Source: Spirochaetia bacterium (GTDB lineage: Bacteria > Spirochaetota > Spirochaetia > CADAEX01). Taken from it: a DNA stretch of 64,000 nt. Each line of letters opens with the position of its first letter. Within the stretch, counting starts at the first letter, position 1. The position numbers were made by a program, and so were the translations under genes. Location: contig OY759746.1 in assembly GCA_963662795.1 (NCBI GenBank), positions 320,001 to 384,000 of the forward strand, read 5' to 3'. A model generated the notes under the pieces. That model was not told where the DNA came from and ran no database searches. It was given only the letters and a program-made list of their open reading frames with translations. Shown piece after piece: positions 22,419 through 32,666 of the stretch.

Positions 22419-23495
22419 TTAAAGAAGGTCTGACCTGTTGTCTTTTTCAATCAATTTTCTGATATCCCGGACCTTCTGCGATGAACCTTTTTTACAAATG
22501 AGGGCTTTTCCGTTTTTTATAACAACTATAAGGTCTTTAACATCGCAAAGCGCGATCGGTATATCGGAAAAAACAATATTGTTTGATGCTTCAACTTCAA
22601 ACATTTCGCCCTTTTCGAGATTTTTAATAATTGTCTCAAACTGGTCCCAGCTGCCGATATCGTTCCATGAAAAATCAGCTTCAACCATCGCGGAGAGGAG
22701 AGTTTTTTCCATTACAGCATAATCAATGGAAATTGAAGGAGATGTGCTGTAAATAGTTTCAATTTCACTGCTGTCCATTATAATTTCAATACCATTTACA
22801 ATTACCGGAGGAGGCGCTTTTACAATTTTTCCGAATGCAGCGGCTATCTGAGGTGAATATTTTCTGATTTCTTCAAGAAAAACTTCCATGCTGAAAGCAA
22901 ACATTCCCGAATTCCAGAAATAGTTTCCGTCATCTACAAATTTTTTTGCTGTTTCAGGATCAGGTTTTTCGCGGAAGGAAGCAACTTTAAATCCTTTTTT
23001 ATGCTTTTTCCCCTTTTCTATATAACCGTAGCCGGTTTCAGGATATTCAGGCGGTATCCCGAAGGTTACAAGAAATCCATCCCGCGCAAGAGAGTCTGCC
23101 TCTTCTGTATTTTTTTTAAACAGATCCAGCTCCTCTATCAGGTGGTCTGCCGGAAGCACCAGTGAGGTGCAGGGAAACATTCCCCCAAGCTTAAACCACC
23201 ATGCCGCGGCTGTAATTGCGGGAGCAGTATTTCGGGAAGCAGGTTCCGGCAAAATCATTATTTTCCCTGTATCAGCATATTCGGCGCACTCGTCAAGAAC
23301 ATCTTTAAGCTGGGATTTAAGAGTTATAATTATTATTCTTCCGGGTACATCAAGAGACAGGGCCCTCTCAACTGTAAGTTTGAGCAGTGATTTCTCGCCC
23401 TTTACCTTGATAAACTGCTTTGGCGATTCGTTAAGCGAAGCAGGCCAGAGCCTTGTGCCGGAACCGCCGGCAAGAATTAAAACATTATCAACCAT
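22419..23495 (-). CDS. Mannose-1-phosphate guanylyltransferase
   Basis: ILAGGSGTRLWP, PKQF, EPASRNTAPA, TGYGYI, WNSGMF and SIDYAVME motifs. Confidence 0.92.
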   Translation of the reverse strand: MVDNVLILAGGSGTRLWPASLNESPKQFIKVKGEKSLLKLTVERALSLDVPGRIIIITLKSQLKDVLDECAEYADTGKIMILPEPASRNTAPAITAAAWWFKLGGMFPCTSLVLPADHLIEELDLFKKNTEEADSLARDGFLVTFGIPPEYPETGYGYIEKGKKHKKGFKVASFREKPDPETAKKFVDDGNYFWNSGMFAFSMEVFLEEIRKYSPQIAAAFGKIVKAPPPVIVNGIEIIMDSSEIETIYSTSPSISIDYAVMEKTLLSAMVEADFSWNDIGSWDQFETIIKNLEKGEMFEVEASNNIVFSDIPIALCDVKDLIVVIKNGKALICKKGSSQKVRDIRKLIEKDNRSDLL

Positions 23496-23612
23496 AATAA
23501 AGGATAATATACAATAAAAAAACAATTCCACAATAGTAAAAAGCTGAACTATTGACCTGAATTTTTTTCTGCCGTAAAATTAAGAACTTTTCAAACATAA
23601 AGGAGAACAGCA

Positions 23613-24701
23613 ATGGCTAAAGGTTTTTCACTAACCATGTATCCCTGGTTATACCTGGCGAAATTTTCAGACAGGAAATGGTCGGGAAAATACATTGAGC
23701 AGCCTCACAAAAGTCCCGAGGAAGAAGCGTCCATGAATGATGAAGCAGCATCAAAACTGCAGATTGAGAGAAACTATATTCCTGGACTTCCGCTTGTGAA
23801 TTACACAACCCAGTACGGAATGGGATGTTTTGAAGGACTAAAGGCTTTTCCTCAGCCTGACGGTACACTTAAGATCTTCAGGCCGGATGAAAACGGCAAG
23901 AGGTTTAAAATGTCTATGGAAGGGCTTTACATGCCCGGTTTTCCTGTCGACATGTTTGTGGAATCTGTTAAAACTGTAATAAAAAAGAATGAGCAGATTG
24001 GTTTTGCCCCAAAATATGATAAAGAATGGGAAAAAGACGACTTTTTAAGCGGAACAGCAGTCTATATAAGACCGTTTTCATATACAGAACCAGGCATTGG
24101 TGTAAATATATCTTCAAGCCCCTGGGTTGTAACAATAGCAACCCCTGTAGGAGCCTATTTCGCACCCGGTAATTCAGGCGCTACAACAACAAAAAGAGTC
24201 AGAGCGACAAAAAACGGAACAGGATGCCTTAAAACTGACTCGAATTATGTTATTTCAGCACTTGCGAAACATGAAGCTATGCAGGAAGGCTATATGGAAG
24301 CTGTTTTTCTTGACGCACGTGAAAACAGGTATCTTGAAGAAGGCTCATCTTCCAATATTTTCTGCTATCTTAAAAACGGAACCCTTGTAACGCCTGACCT
24401 GGGTGACACAATCCTTCCCGGCGTAACAAGAAAAACTGTATTAAAAATAGCTTCAGACTTTGGAATAAAAACTGAAGAAAGAAAAATATCAATTGATGAG
24501 GCCATGAGCGACTCCGCCGAAATGTTTGTTTCAGGAACAGCCGCAGGAATTACATTTCTTGATTCAATCAACCATAACGGCAAAAAGGTTGTTTTTAACA
24601 ACGGTAAAATGGGAGATGTGGCGAAGAAGCTTCTTTTAAAACTAAAAGGGATTCAGTACGGAAAAGAAGAAGACAAATACGGATGGATGTTTAAGGCCTG
24701 A
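23613..24701 (+). CDS. ilvE: Branched-chain amino acid aminotransferase (class IV)
   Basis: FEGLKA, FRPD, EEGSSSN, ILPGVTR and SGTAA motifs. Confidence 0.9.
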   Translation: MAKGFSLTMYPWLYLAKFSDRKWSGKYIEQPHKSPEEEASMNDEAASKLQIERNYIPGLPLVNYTTQYGMGCFEGLKAFPQPDGTLKIFRPDENGKRFKMSMEGLYMPGFPVDMFVESVKTVIKKNEQIGFAPKYDKEWEKDDFLSGTAVYIRPFSYTEPGIGVNISSSPWVVTIATPVGAYFAPGNSGATTTKRVRATKNGTGCLKTDSNYVISALAKHEAMQEGYMEAVFLDARENRYLEEGSSSNIFCYLKNGTLVTPDLGDTILPGVTRKTVLKIASDFGIKTEERKISIDEAMSDSAEMFVSGTAAGITFLDSINHNGKKVVFNNGKMGDVAKKLLLKLKGIQYGKEEDKYGWMFKA

Positions 24702-24738
24702 TACAACTTAAACCCGACCCGACCCGACCTGATCAGAT

Positions 24739-24773
24739 AAAAGGCAGCCGCGCAGAATGCGGGCTGCCTTTTT
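24739..24773. terminator. Bidirectional intrinsic terminator between ilvE and the flcA-like gene
   Basis: AAAAGGCAGCC...GGCTGCCTTTTT. Confidence 0.8.
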
Positions 24774-24805
24774 ATTTCCTGCATCTGTAGGCAGTTTGAA
24801 GGCAG

Positions 24806-27800
24806 TTATTCCTGTTCAGTGAGCATCTCTATCCGACCGTACATGTCCTGATCAATCGCGTTGTAGATAACCGGCTTTTCAATCTGCATATTGTCCCTGC
24901 TGTAGGGAATAACGGTTGCCGCGTAGCTGGTCTTTCTGCCGGCGTTGATAATCGCATACCGCATATTGACCTGGGCAAGGGGCTTGGTAAGGCTTCTGTC
25001 AAGCGTTTCAGGGTCCCTGCTTAAAAGATCATACAGTTCCGACGACCTGGTAAGATAGACAAGCGCGCTGGAATAATAATTGCTGTTCCTGTTTTTTTCT
25101 GAAAGCCGGTAAAGCGTGACACCCAGATTATTATAAACCTCCATAAGCTTTTCCAATACAAGCTGCTGGTCTCTCCTGCTGTCAAGTTCAAGAAAACCCT
25201 GGTGGTCTCTCCAGTATTCAAGTTTTTCAACTACCTGTTCATAGTATGCCATTGCCGGGGAAAAAAGATTATTATAGAAAGAGGCGTTTGCAAAAGCCGA
25301 CAAAACAGATTCATTGTCTCTTTTATCAAGCGATATGTCATAGAAACGCTCGGATGCTTTCGCGTAATTTGTATTTTTATAATATATAAATCCGATTTTA
25401 TAGGACAAGTTGTTGTCACGGTATCCCGTCCCCTCGGCCTTACTGTATTCTCTGAAAGCATCATTATATTTTCCGGCATTATAGTAATAAATATCTCCAA
25501 GATCTTCATAGAGTTTTCCATATTTGGGAAGTACACCGAGAAGGTCCCTGTTGTTTTCATATTCGCTGATTGCTCTCTGGTAATATTTCTGGGCAGGCAG
25601 TATTTTACCGTCATTTTTTTCAAAATAGCCCAGCCTGTTAAGCGCCTCTACTTCGGAATCCTTCCTGACTTTTCTCGCATACATATATGAATGGGGATAT
25701 TCTTCCCTGATGTGACCGAGAGAATCATCTCCTGTAAGATTTTCAACTATCCTTAGACTGTTTCTTTCAAGCAATGGTTTGTCTATTATATTCCACAGCC
25801 TTGAAAGCTGATAATGAGGTTCAGACAATTGTTTATCCATATTGGAAAGCTTTATAAGTTCCCTTTCTATTCCGTTAATGTTTCCTGTGTCAATAAGGTA
25901 TCTGTAAAAATCAACTGCAATATAAGGATCAATATATTTGTCCTTGATATTTTCTATATATCCCCTGTACTGGCCAAGCAGGCCGAAATACTGTTTATTT
26001 TCAATGGGAATTATATCTTCATCAGCATCTTCATCAGCGGCTGCGGAAGCTTTTGCCGCTGCGGAAGCTTCTACGGCTTCTTTCCTTTTTTCTGAAAGTT
26101 TTCCTGATCTAAGGTCTACTGCAATTCTTCTGAAATAAAGTTCCGGTTTTTTCCCGAACTTGAATAATGAGTCATTTATGGTATATTCAGCATCTTTATA
26201 TTTTTCCGCATCCCTGACCGCCCAGTTCAGATAATTATCAATTTTACTGAGAAGCATATCATAATCCCACTTTTTCTTTTTAAGACCGAGATAATCATCA
26301 ATTATCCTTTCAGCGTTCTCATACTCTCCCTGATAAAAAGTCTTTAGGGCCGCATATTCGAGAAAAGCTTTTTTGTCTTCTATAAAAAACCCGAGGATTT
26401 TTTTACCTTTGTTTTTCTCTTTTTCGGAAGACAGATCAGGTCCAATCATCTGGATATATTTTTTTTCGGCAAGATTATATTCCCTTTTTTCGATATATAA
26501 ATCCGCATACCGGAAAAACTGCTTACGGCTTGGCCTTAATTTACTTGCTTTAATAAAAAATTCCTCTGATACGTTATATTTATCGGCCTGGAGCGCTTTG
26601 TAGCCTTTTTCATACAGTACATTGGAATAGATTGGTTTCCAAATAAAATTATTTCCGATAAAAAAAAGAAAAAGAGCGGCAAAAGCAAATACAAGCGACC
26701 TGAGAACAAAAGGGACAATCTGGTACTTGATTATGTATGTTAATGTCCCTTTCTCTTTTTCAAGCTCTTCCCAGGTTTTTCTTTCGTACTGTGCCGGAAT
26801 TCTTATCCTTTTCCCTGTAATTTTGAAAACAAAGTCGGCCATTTCCCGCGGTGTTGCGTCAGATGCAAGCTTGTCGACAAGTGTGTCAAGATTGCGTCCT
26901 GCAAGTTCCTTGTTTCCAATCAGATCTTCAATAAAAAATTTAAGATTCCAGGGAAGTCTCGACAGGGTCTCTGTTACCTGTTTGAGCCTGTCGCCGGATA
27001 TATAGTACTGCCCCTCTTTATCCTCATCCTGACGCGAAGGCAATTCAGATTTTTCAGCAGCAGCCAAAGGAATATCTGCCTTTACCGCTTTATCAGGAAT
27101 TATTTCATCAAGTTCATCAATATTGCCGAATTCCTCACCAAGGTCTTCAAGGCTGAACTCATCCTTCCCCGGCTCTTCATCATCAAGTGTTTCAAGATCT
27201 CCGAGCTCTTCAATTTCTCCAAGATCCTCATAAAGCTCTTCAGTTCCGCCTTCCGGAGACCTGCTCCCGGGAAGTTTTATATCCGCATCATCAAATTCAT
27301 CATCAACAGAAATTGTCTCAAGATCGCCGATATCAAAATCTTCATCAGATATTATGTCTTCAGCAGTTGTTTCCACAGGACTGATATCCACAGGACTGAT
27401 ATCCTCAGGATTGATATCCTCAGGATTGATATCCTCAGGATTGATATCCTCAGGACTGATGTCCTCAGAAAAATCGAAACCCTCTTCCTGAGCTTCTCCA
27501 CCTGCATCAGACGCGAAATCACCATCAGGGGCCATCTCTTTGTCAGTTAAATCATCTTTGAAATCATCTATTCCCTCTTCGAAGTCTTTATCAAAATCAT
27601 CGGGAAGAGAAAAGTCCTCATCTGAGAACTCCCCTGTCTCTTCAGGTTCGCTCTCCTGTCCGGTTTCTTCAATATCTGAAAAACTGTCCGGATCAGAGAC
27701 TGCGTCAGAGTCAGGATCAGCTGCAAAATCATCGAGAACGCTGAATCCTGTATCCTCGCCGCCCTCTTCCTCCTGCTGCGAAAACCGGTCAAGAAGCCGG

Positions 27801-28297
27801 TCAGGATTGTCATCAAAGTCAAGCGAGCTGTCGCCGAAGAGGTCTTCAATATCCTTTGAAGCATCATCTGATGTATCTTCTGTCGAAGATGTATCTTCCG
27901 TCGAATCAGAAGGAATATCAGATAATCCGTCAAGAAGGCCTTCAAGGCCGCTGTCCGGCTCCCCTTCTTCCGGGAGCCCGTCCCCGCCGGTGAGAAAAGC
28001 ATCAGAGAAATCGTCAGGCGAAATATCTTCTTCCGCGCCGGTATCCTTATCCCCTGAAGGCTCTGTAAGGTCCGCAAGATCTTCAAGAGAGGCATCATCA
28101 AGCCCGCCGAAAGTATCTTCCGCTGTGAGGCCCTCATCTTCAAAACCGCCGAGAAGAGCGGAGATATCATCAGGAAGTTCGCCCGATTCAGGCTTTATGT
28201 CTGCAATTTCTTCCCCAAGCTCCGCCATTATGGCCGGTTCATCGCCAAGTGAGTTGAGTCTGTCTTTAAGTTTATCAATATCGCTTATTTCAGGCAT
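24806..28297 (-). CDS. flcA: Periplasmic flagellar collar protein FlcA-like (acidic N-terminal region, one TM helix, TPR-like C-terminal region)
   Basis: N-terminus MPEISDIDKLKDRLNSLGDEP, long Asp/Glu low-complexity region, one TM at ~aa 530, TPR-like helices (YNNLGVTL), matching the architecture I recall for spirochaete FlcA. Confidence 0.7.
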   Translation of the reverse strand: MPEISDIDKLKDRLNSLGDEPAIMAELGEEIADIKPESGELPDDISALLGGFEDEGLTAEDTFGGLDDASLEDLADLTEPSGDKDTGAEEDISPDDFSDAFLTGGDGLPEEGEPDSGLEGLLDGLSDIPSDSTEDTSSTEDTSDDASKDIEDLFGDSSLDFDDNPDRLLDRFSQQEEEGGEDTGFSVLDDFAADPDSDAVSDPDSFSDIEETGQESEPEETGEFSDEDFSLPDDFDKDFEEGIDDFKDDLTDKEMAPDGDFASDAGGEAQEEGFDFSEDISPEDINPEDINPEDINPEDISPVDISPVETTAEDIISDEDFDIGDLETISVDDEFDDADIKLPGSRSPEGGTEELYEDLGEIEELGDLETLDDEEPGKDEFSLEDLGEEFGNIDELDEIIPDKAVKADIPLAAAEKSELPSRQDEDKEGQYYISGDRLKQVTETLSRLPWNLKFFIEDLIGNKELAGRNLDTLVDKLASDATPREMADFVFKITGKRIRIPAQYERKTWEELEKEKGTLTYIIKYQIVPFVLRSLVFAFAALFLFFIGNNFIWKPIYSNVLYEKGYKALQADKYNVSEEFFIKASKLRPSRKQFFRYADLYIEKREYNLAEKKYIQMIGPDLSSEKEKNKGKKILGFFIEDKKAFLEYAALKTFYQGEYENAERIIDDYLGLKKKKWDYDMLLSKIDNYLNWAVRDAEKYKDAEYTINDSLFKFGKKPELYFRRIAVDLRSGKLSEKRKEAVEASAAAKASAAADEDADEDIIPIENKQYFGLLGQYRGYIENIKDKYIDPYIAVDFYRYLIDTGNINGIERELIKLSNMDKQLSEPHYQLSRLWNIIDKPLLERNSLRIVENLTGDDSLGHIREEYPHSYMYARKVRKDSEVEALNRLGYFEKNDGKILPAQKYYQRAISEYENNRDLLGVLPKYGKLYEDLGDIYYYNAGKYNDAFREYSKAEGTGYRDNNLSYKIGFIYYKNTNYAKASERFYDISLDKRDNESVLSAFANASFYNNLFSPAMAYYEQVVEKLEYWRDHQGFLELDSRRDQQLVLEKLMEVYNNLGVTLYRLSEKNRNSNYYSSALVYLTRSSELYDLLSRDPETLDRSLTKPLAQVNMRYAIINAGRKTSYAATVIPYSRDNMQIEKPVIYNAIDQDMYGRIEMLTEQE
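27372..27468. repeat. 15-bp in-frame tandem repeat, about 6.5 copies, encoding (S/N)P(E/V)DI
   Basis: TCC(A/T)CAGGA(C/T)TGATA units read directly. Confidence 0.9.
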
Positions 28298-28506
28298 TTG
28301 TCCCTTATTCAGAGTTTCGGAATAGAAATCAACCTTTCTTAGCTAATTTATACCATAATTGCAATAAAAGACAGTCAAAAAAAATCCCGGTGCCGGCCAG
28401 GAAAGGGGCAAATGGAATAATTTTACCGGAACAAAAAAACAGCAGTTTTTCATATGTACCGCAATTAATTATTTATAACAGAGCCTGTTTCGGCCGAATT
28501 TATAGT

Positions 28507-29205
28507 ATGGATTTGAAAAAAACTTTCTCAATTCTCTTTGCCCTGTTAATATCTGCGCATGTCTGCGCCATTGAACTTGAAGGAGCCAATATACATAAAA
28601 AACTCATCGAAATGACAGATGCTTCGCAGCCGGTTTTTATTGATGATTATATATTATTTACTTTTAAAAGCAGTGAAAAAACCTCATTTGTCGGAGCTGC
28701 GTTTGATTTCAGCAATTTTACAAAGGTTTACCAGTATAAAAGAACTCCGGAGGGGATATATTTTCTTGTAATTCAGAATCCGGGAAAAGAAATTATAAAA
28801 TACAGGCTGATAGTCGACGGCCTTTGGATGCCGGACCCGTTTAACAGTGAAAAAATCAGGGATATAAACACTGTGGAAGTTTCAATACTGAGGCAGCCGG
28901 AAAAATCGGACAGCGAAATCAATTATCCCAGGATTGAGGACGGATATACCAATTTTTTTTATAAAGGAGAAACCGGCATAAGCGTGTATCTTGCCGGCAG
29001 CTTCAACGGCTGGGATCCGTTTATGTACCTGCTGTCGGAACGGAGGCCGGGTGAATATTATATTTCACTTAAACTGCCCCCGGGTAAACACAATTATTAT
29101 TATGTTGTTAACGGGAAAATAATACCTGACAAAAGAAACCCCGAAGTAGTCTGGGATAAGGATTTCAGGGAAATATCAACCTTCACAATCCGGCACCGGG
29201 AATAA
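28507..29205 (+). CDS. Exported protein with glycogen-binding (CBM48/early-set-like) domains
   Basis: Signal peptide after ATG 28507; YRLIVDGLWMPDPFN and VYLAGSFNGWDP...YYYVVNG motifs. Confidence 0.8.
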   Translation: MDLKKTFSILFALLISAHVCAIELEGANIHKKLIEMTDASQPVFIDDYILFTFKSSEKTSFVGAAFDFSNFTKVYQYKRTPEGIYFLVIQNPGKEIIKYRLIVDGLWMPDPFNSEKIRDINTVEVSILRQPEKSDSEINYPRIEDGYTNFFYKGETGISVYLAGSFNGWDPFMYLLSERRPGEYYISLKLPPGKHNYYYVVNGKIIPDKRNPEVVWDKDFREISTFTIRHRE

Positions 29206-29246
29206 AAATCAAACTGCTGAACTCCGCACCTCCTTAAGAACTCAGC

Positions 29247-29275
29247 TTGCATAAAGTATCAGCGCTCATTATACT
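29247..29275 (+). promoter_or_regulatory. Sigma70-type promoter of galE
   Basis: TTGCAT-17 bp-TATACT. Confidence 0.6.
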
Positions 29276-29307
29276 TGCAATAAATAAAAAATCTTCGGGA
29301 GCATATT

Positions 29308-30279
29308 ATCAAAATACTGGTTATCGGCGGTGCCGGCTATATCGGATCGCATGTCGCGAGGAAATTTCTTGACAAAGGCTGCAGTGTAACTGTTTATGAC
29401 AATTTCTCATCAGGACTGCGAATAAACATATTCGGGGAAGAAACTGTTGCGGAAGGGGACATCCTTGATCCTGAGAAGCTGTATTCCGTAATGGCGGAAG
29501 GCTTTGACGGGATAATTCACCTTGCAGCGTTCAAGGCCGCGGGCGAATCAATGACCGCGCCTGAAAAATATTCGGTAAACAATATTACAGGGACAATAAA
29601 CATAATAAACTCAGCCTGCCGGGCGGGGATAAAAAATGTGGTTTTTTCATCATCCGCGGCTGTTTACGGCGAACCGCAGTACATACCGATAGATGAGGAC
29701 CACCCTGCTAACCCTGAAAACTATTACGGATACACAAAACTTCAGATTGAAGGATTATTATCCTGGTACGACAGGCTGAAAGGGCTGAAATACGCATCGC
29801 TGCGCTACTTCAACGCCGCCGGATACGATCCAGAAATGAGGATCAGGGGCCTTGAGAAAAACCCTGCGAACCTGCTTCCAATAATTATGGAAACCGCCGC
29901 CGGGACAAGGGGGCGCCTTGATATATACGGAAACGACTACCCCACTCCCGACGGGACCTGCATCAGGGACTATGTACATGTTACAGACCTTGCAGAGGCC
30001 CACTACCTTGCAATGGAATACCTTATGAACGGAAAAGAAAGTCTTACAGTAAACCTCGGAAGCGAATCAGGATTGAGTGTTCTGGAAATTCTCGAAAAAT
30101 CAAGGACCATTACAGGAAGGGCCATACCTTCGAAAATCGCGCCCAGAAGGCCGGGAGATCCGGCAAAACTTGTGGCTAAATCGGAAAAGGCAAGGGAAAT
30201 ACTTGGATGGAAAGCTGAAAACAGTACGGCAGAGGTGCTGATTTCCTCGTCCTGGAACGTTTATAAAGAGGCCCTTTAA
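29308..30279 (+). CDS. galE: UDP-glucose 4-epimerase with apparent non-canonical ATC start
   Basis: Frame extends 61 codons upstream of the ORF-track start to (I)KILVIGGAGYIGSHV; SSSAAVYG, YGYTK, LRYFNAAG and RDYVHV motifs. Confidence 0.9.
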   Translation: MKILVIGGAGYIGSHVARKFLDKGCSVTVYDNFSSGLRINIFGEETVAEGDILDPEKLYSVMAEGFDGIIHLAAFKAAGESMTAPEKYSVNNITGTINIINSACRAGIKNVVFSSSAAVYGEPQYIPIDEDHPANPENYYGYTKLQIEGLLSWYDRLKGLKYASLRYFNAAGYDPEMRIRGLEKNPANLLPIIMETAAGTRGRLDIYGNDYPTPDGTCIRDYVHVTDLAEAHYLAMEYLMNGKESLTVNLGSESGLSVLEILEKSRTITGRAIPSKIAPRRPGDPAKLVAKSEKAREILGWKAENSTAEVLISSSWNVYKEAL

Positions 30280-30427
30280 GCTGCTGCCGTCTGACGGCTG
30301 ACAGACCCATTTTTTTAATTGGTTATAGGCATTCTCTCTTCCGTGGTATAATTCACCTGACTGTTTATAAAAATTTATTCTTTGCAAATTAAAAGACCTT
30401 AAATTAAAATAGTTTCAGGGGGTCATT

Positions 30428-31600
30428 ATGACTAAAGAAGAAAAAGCCGCGATACTCGCAGACCTCACAGATTTCGACACTGTCTTCCGGGAAATAAAGG
30501 AATTATTCCTTTCAAATTTAGTAATGATCAGTGAAATACCGGCCCCTACTTTCGAGGAGCAGGAGCGTGTAGGTTTTCTGCTTAATAAATTCTCTGAAGC
30601 CAACCTTATCAACACCTCTACAGACGAATACGGCAATGCCCTGGGGATACATCCAGGGACAGGAGAGGGGAAGAACATACTTCTTGTCTCAAATATTGAT
30701 ACTTCAGTGGATTTTACAGTTGACCACTCTGTAAGTGTCGGCCCCGGAACAGTAACCGGCCCGGCGGTGGGCAATAACGCGGTAGGGCTTGCGGCAATAA
30801 CCGTACTGCCTTCTCTTCTTGATAAACTCGGCATTACGCTTAAATCAAACCTTATTCTGATGGGATCGGCCAGAAGCCTGGGAAAAGGGAGCCTGGGGGG
30901 CTTGAGGTTTTTTCTGAAAAACACCCGGCACCCGATAAAAGCGGGAATATGCCTTGAGGGGATGAAGCTGGGAGAGATAAGCCACAGATCGCTTGGAATG
31001 ATGAGGTGTGAAATAATCTACAACACACCTGATAATTTTGACTGGAGAATGTTCGGCAGAATTGGAGCTATAGAAACTCTGAGTGAGATTATAAGCAGGA
31101 TCAGGGAGATCCCCATTCCCAGCAAGCCGAGGACATCAATTTCCTTCGGTTCGATAGAAAGCGGGACAGAGTACAGTTTTGTCTCAAGCGAGGGAATAGT
31201 AAGATTTGAGTTAAGAAGCGAATCGGAAGATATGGTAAGCATGCTTAAGCATGAAATCCAGAACATTGTCGCGGAAGTATCTTCAAGTTACGGTATTGAG
31301 GTTTCCATGAATGTAGTCGGGCAAAGAAAACCGGGCGGTATCCCTTTTACACATTCCCTTACAACTTCCGTAAGAGGAATAATGGATGCACTTAATATCA
31401 AGTACTCTGTACAGCCTACAACCTCCGAGCTTTCCGCTTTTATTGACAGCGGAATTCCGGCAATTACCATAGGCATAACCAACGGCACGAGAAAAGATAA
31501 AAATACCGAGGAGATTGAAATTGAGCCTGTCTCCCAGGGGCTTAAAACACTATTGGGGCTTATACTTTCTGTTGACAGGGAGGAATATGATGAATCCTGA
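30428..31600 (+). CDS. M20/M28 peptidase-fold protein with degenerate metal ligands
   Basis: EIPAPTFEE, DEYGN and dimerisation-domain pattern; expected H/D/EE/H ligands replaced (SNIDT, GNNA, RSLG). Confidence 0.75.
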   Translation: MTKEEKAAILADLTDFDTVFREIKELFLSNLVMISEIPAPTFEEQERVGFLLNKFSEANLINTSTDEYGNALGIHPGTGEGKNILLVSNIDTSVDFTVDHSVSVGPGTVTGPAVGNNAVGLAAITVLPSLLDKLGITLKSNLILMGSARSLGKGSLGGLRFFLKNTRHPIKAGICLEGMKLGEISHRSLGMMRCEIIYNTPDNFDWRMFGRIGAIETLSEIISRIREIPIPSKPRTSISFGSIESGTEYSFVSSEGIVRFELRSESEDMVSMLKHEIQNIVAEVSSSYGIEVSMNVVGQRKPGGIPFTHSLTTSVRGIMDALNIKYSVQPTTSELSAFIDSGIPAITIGITNGTRKDKNTEEIEIEPVSQGLKTLLGLILSVDREEYDES

Positions 31601-32564
31601 CAAATGGCTTAAGGAAAACACATATCACCACTCAGCCTTCGCGAATATTGCGGACCTTGTAAAGGAAAAGAAGAAAAAGGGATATAAAATTTCACTGTGC
31701 ATCCCTACCCTTAACGAAGAAAAGACTATAGGGAAAGAGATTATCATATTCAAGTCCGAACTGATGAACAGGGTGCCTCTTGTCGATGAGATTGCCGTTA
31801 TTGATTCCGGGTCCACAGACAAGACAAGGGAAATCGCCTCGGAATACGGGGCTGACGTATATCTTTCAAACGAGATACTTCCCGGAATAGAAAGCAAAAA
31901 GGGAAAGGGAGAGAACCTGTGGAAGGCAATATATCAGCTTGACGGAGATATTATTGTATACATAGACGCCGATATAAAGAACATCCACCCGAGGTTCGTA
32001 TACGGACTTTTGGGGCCTCTTATTTACAGGGACGAGGTGATGTATGTAAAGGCATTTTACGACAGGCCCCTTGCCTTTTCAGACGGGATAAGGCCCACCG
32101 GGGGAGGAAGGGTTACAGAGATACTGATCAGACCCCTTTTTTCCCTTTTCTATCCCGAACTGACCCCGATTATACAGCCCCTTTCAGGGGAATATGCGGT
32201 GCGGCGTGAAGTCCTTGAAAAGATACCTTTTCCGATTGGGTACGGAGTTGAGACATCCCATCTGCTTGATATCTACCATGAATGGGGAATGCAGGCATTT
32301 GCCCAGACAGACCTTGACCAGAGGGTCCACAGGAACCAGCCGACAAGGGATCTCGGGAAAATGGCTTTCGGCATTCTGCAGGCATTCTTCAAAAGGCTGT
32401 CTGCCCACGATATTGTTCAGTTCAAGGAATTCGAGTCCCAGGTACTCATGCAGTTTCAGGCGCATGACAACAATTTCGAAGTAATTGAAATCCATATCAA
32501 GGAGGAAGAGCGCCCTCCGATGATAGATATACCTGAATACAGGGAAAAAAGAGGAATAAAGTAA
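31587..32564 (+). CDS. gpgS: Glucosyl-3-phosphoglycerate synthase
   Basis: PTLNEE, DSGSTD, GKGENLW, DAD, GGGRVTE, QPLSGEYA, GYGVE and RVHRNQ motifs. Confidence 0.88.
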   Translation: MMNPDKWLKENTYHHSAFANIADLVKEKKKKGYKISLCIPTLNEEKTIGKEIIIFKSELMNRVPLVDEIAVIDSGSTDKTREIASEYGADVYLSNEILPGIESKKGKGENLWKAIYQLDGDIIVYIDADIKNIHPRFVYGLLGPLIYRDEVMYVKAFYDRPLAFSDGIRPTGGGRVTEILIRPLFSLFYPELTPIIQPLSGEYAVRREVLEKIPFPIGYGVETSHLLDIYHEWGMQAFAQTDLDQRVHRNQPTRDLGKMAFGILQAFFKRLSAHDIVQFKEFESQVLMQFQAHDNNFEVIEIHIKEEERPPMIDIPEYREKRGIK

Positions 32565-32666
32565 GGACTTTATTCCTCAATAATTACGAATAACAAAGCA
32601 GTGCCTGCTTAAGGACTACAGCACCGCAGACTAAATCCCTTACCGCAGTTTTTAACCTGATCAGTT

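Noticed and set aside
24712-24730. ACCCG short tandem repeat after ilvE
   Set aside because: Only three to four copies of a 5-mer in a 3' UTR; plausible by chance or slippage.
27540-28325. Long Ser-rich plus-strand ORF, and similar shadow ORFs such as 14557-15342 and 9210-9776
   Set aside because: Antisense shadows of well-supported genes, with no independent motifs or RBS.
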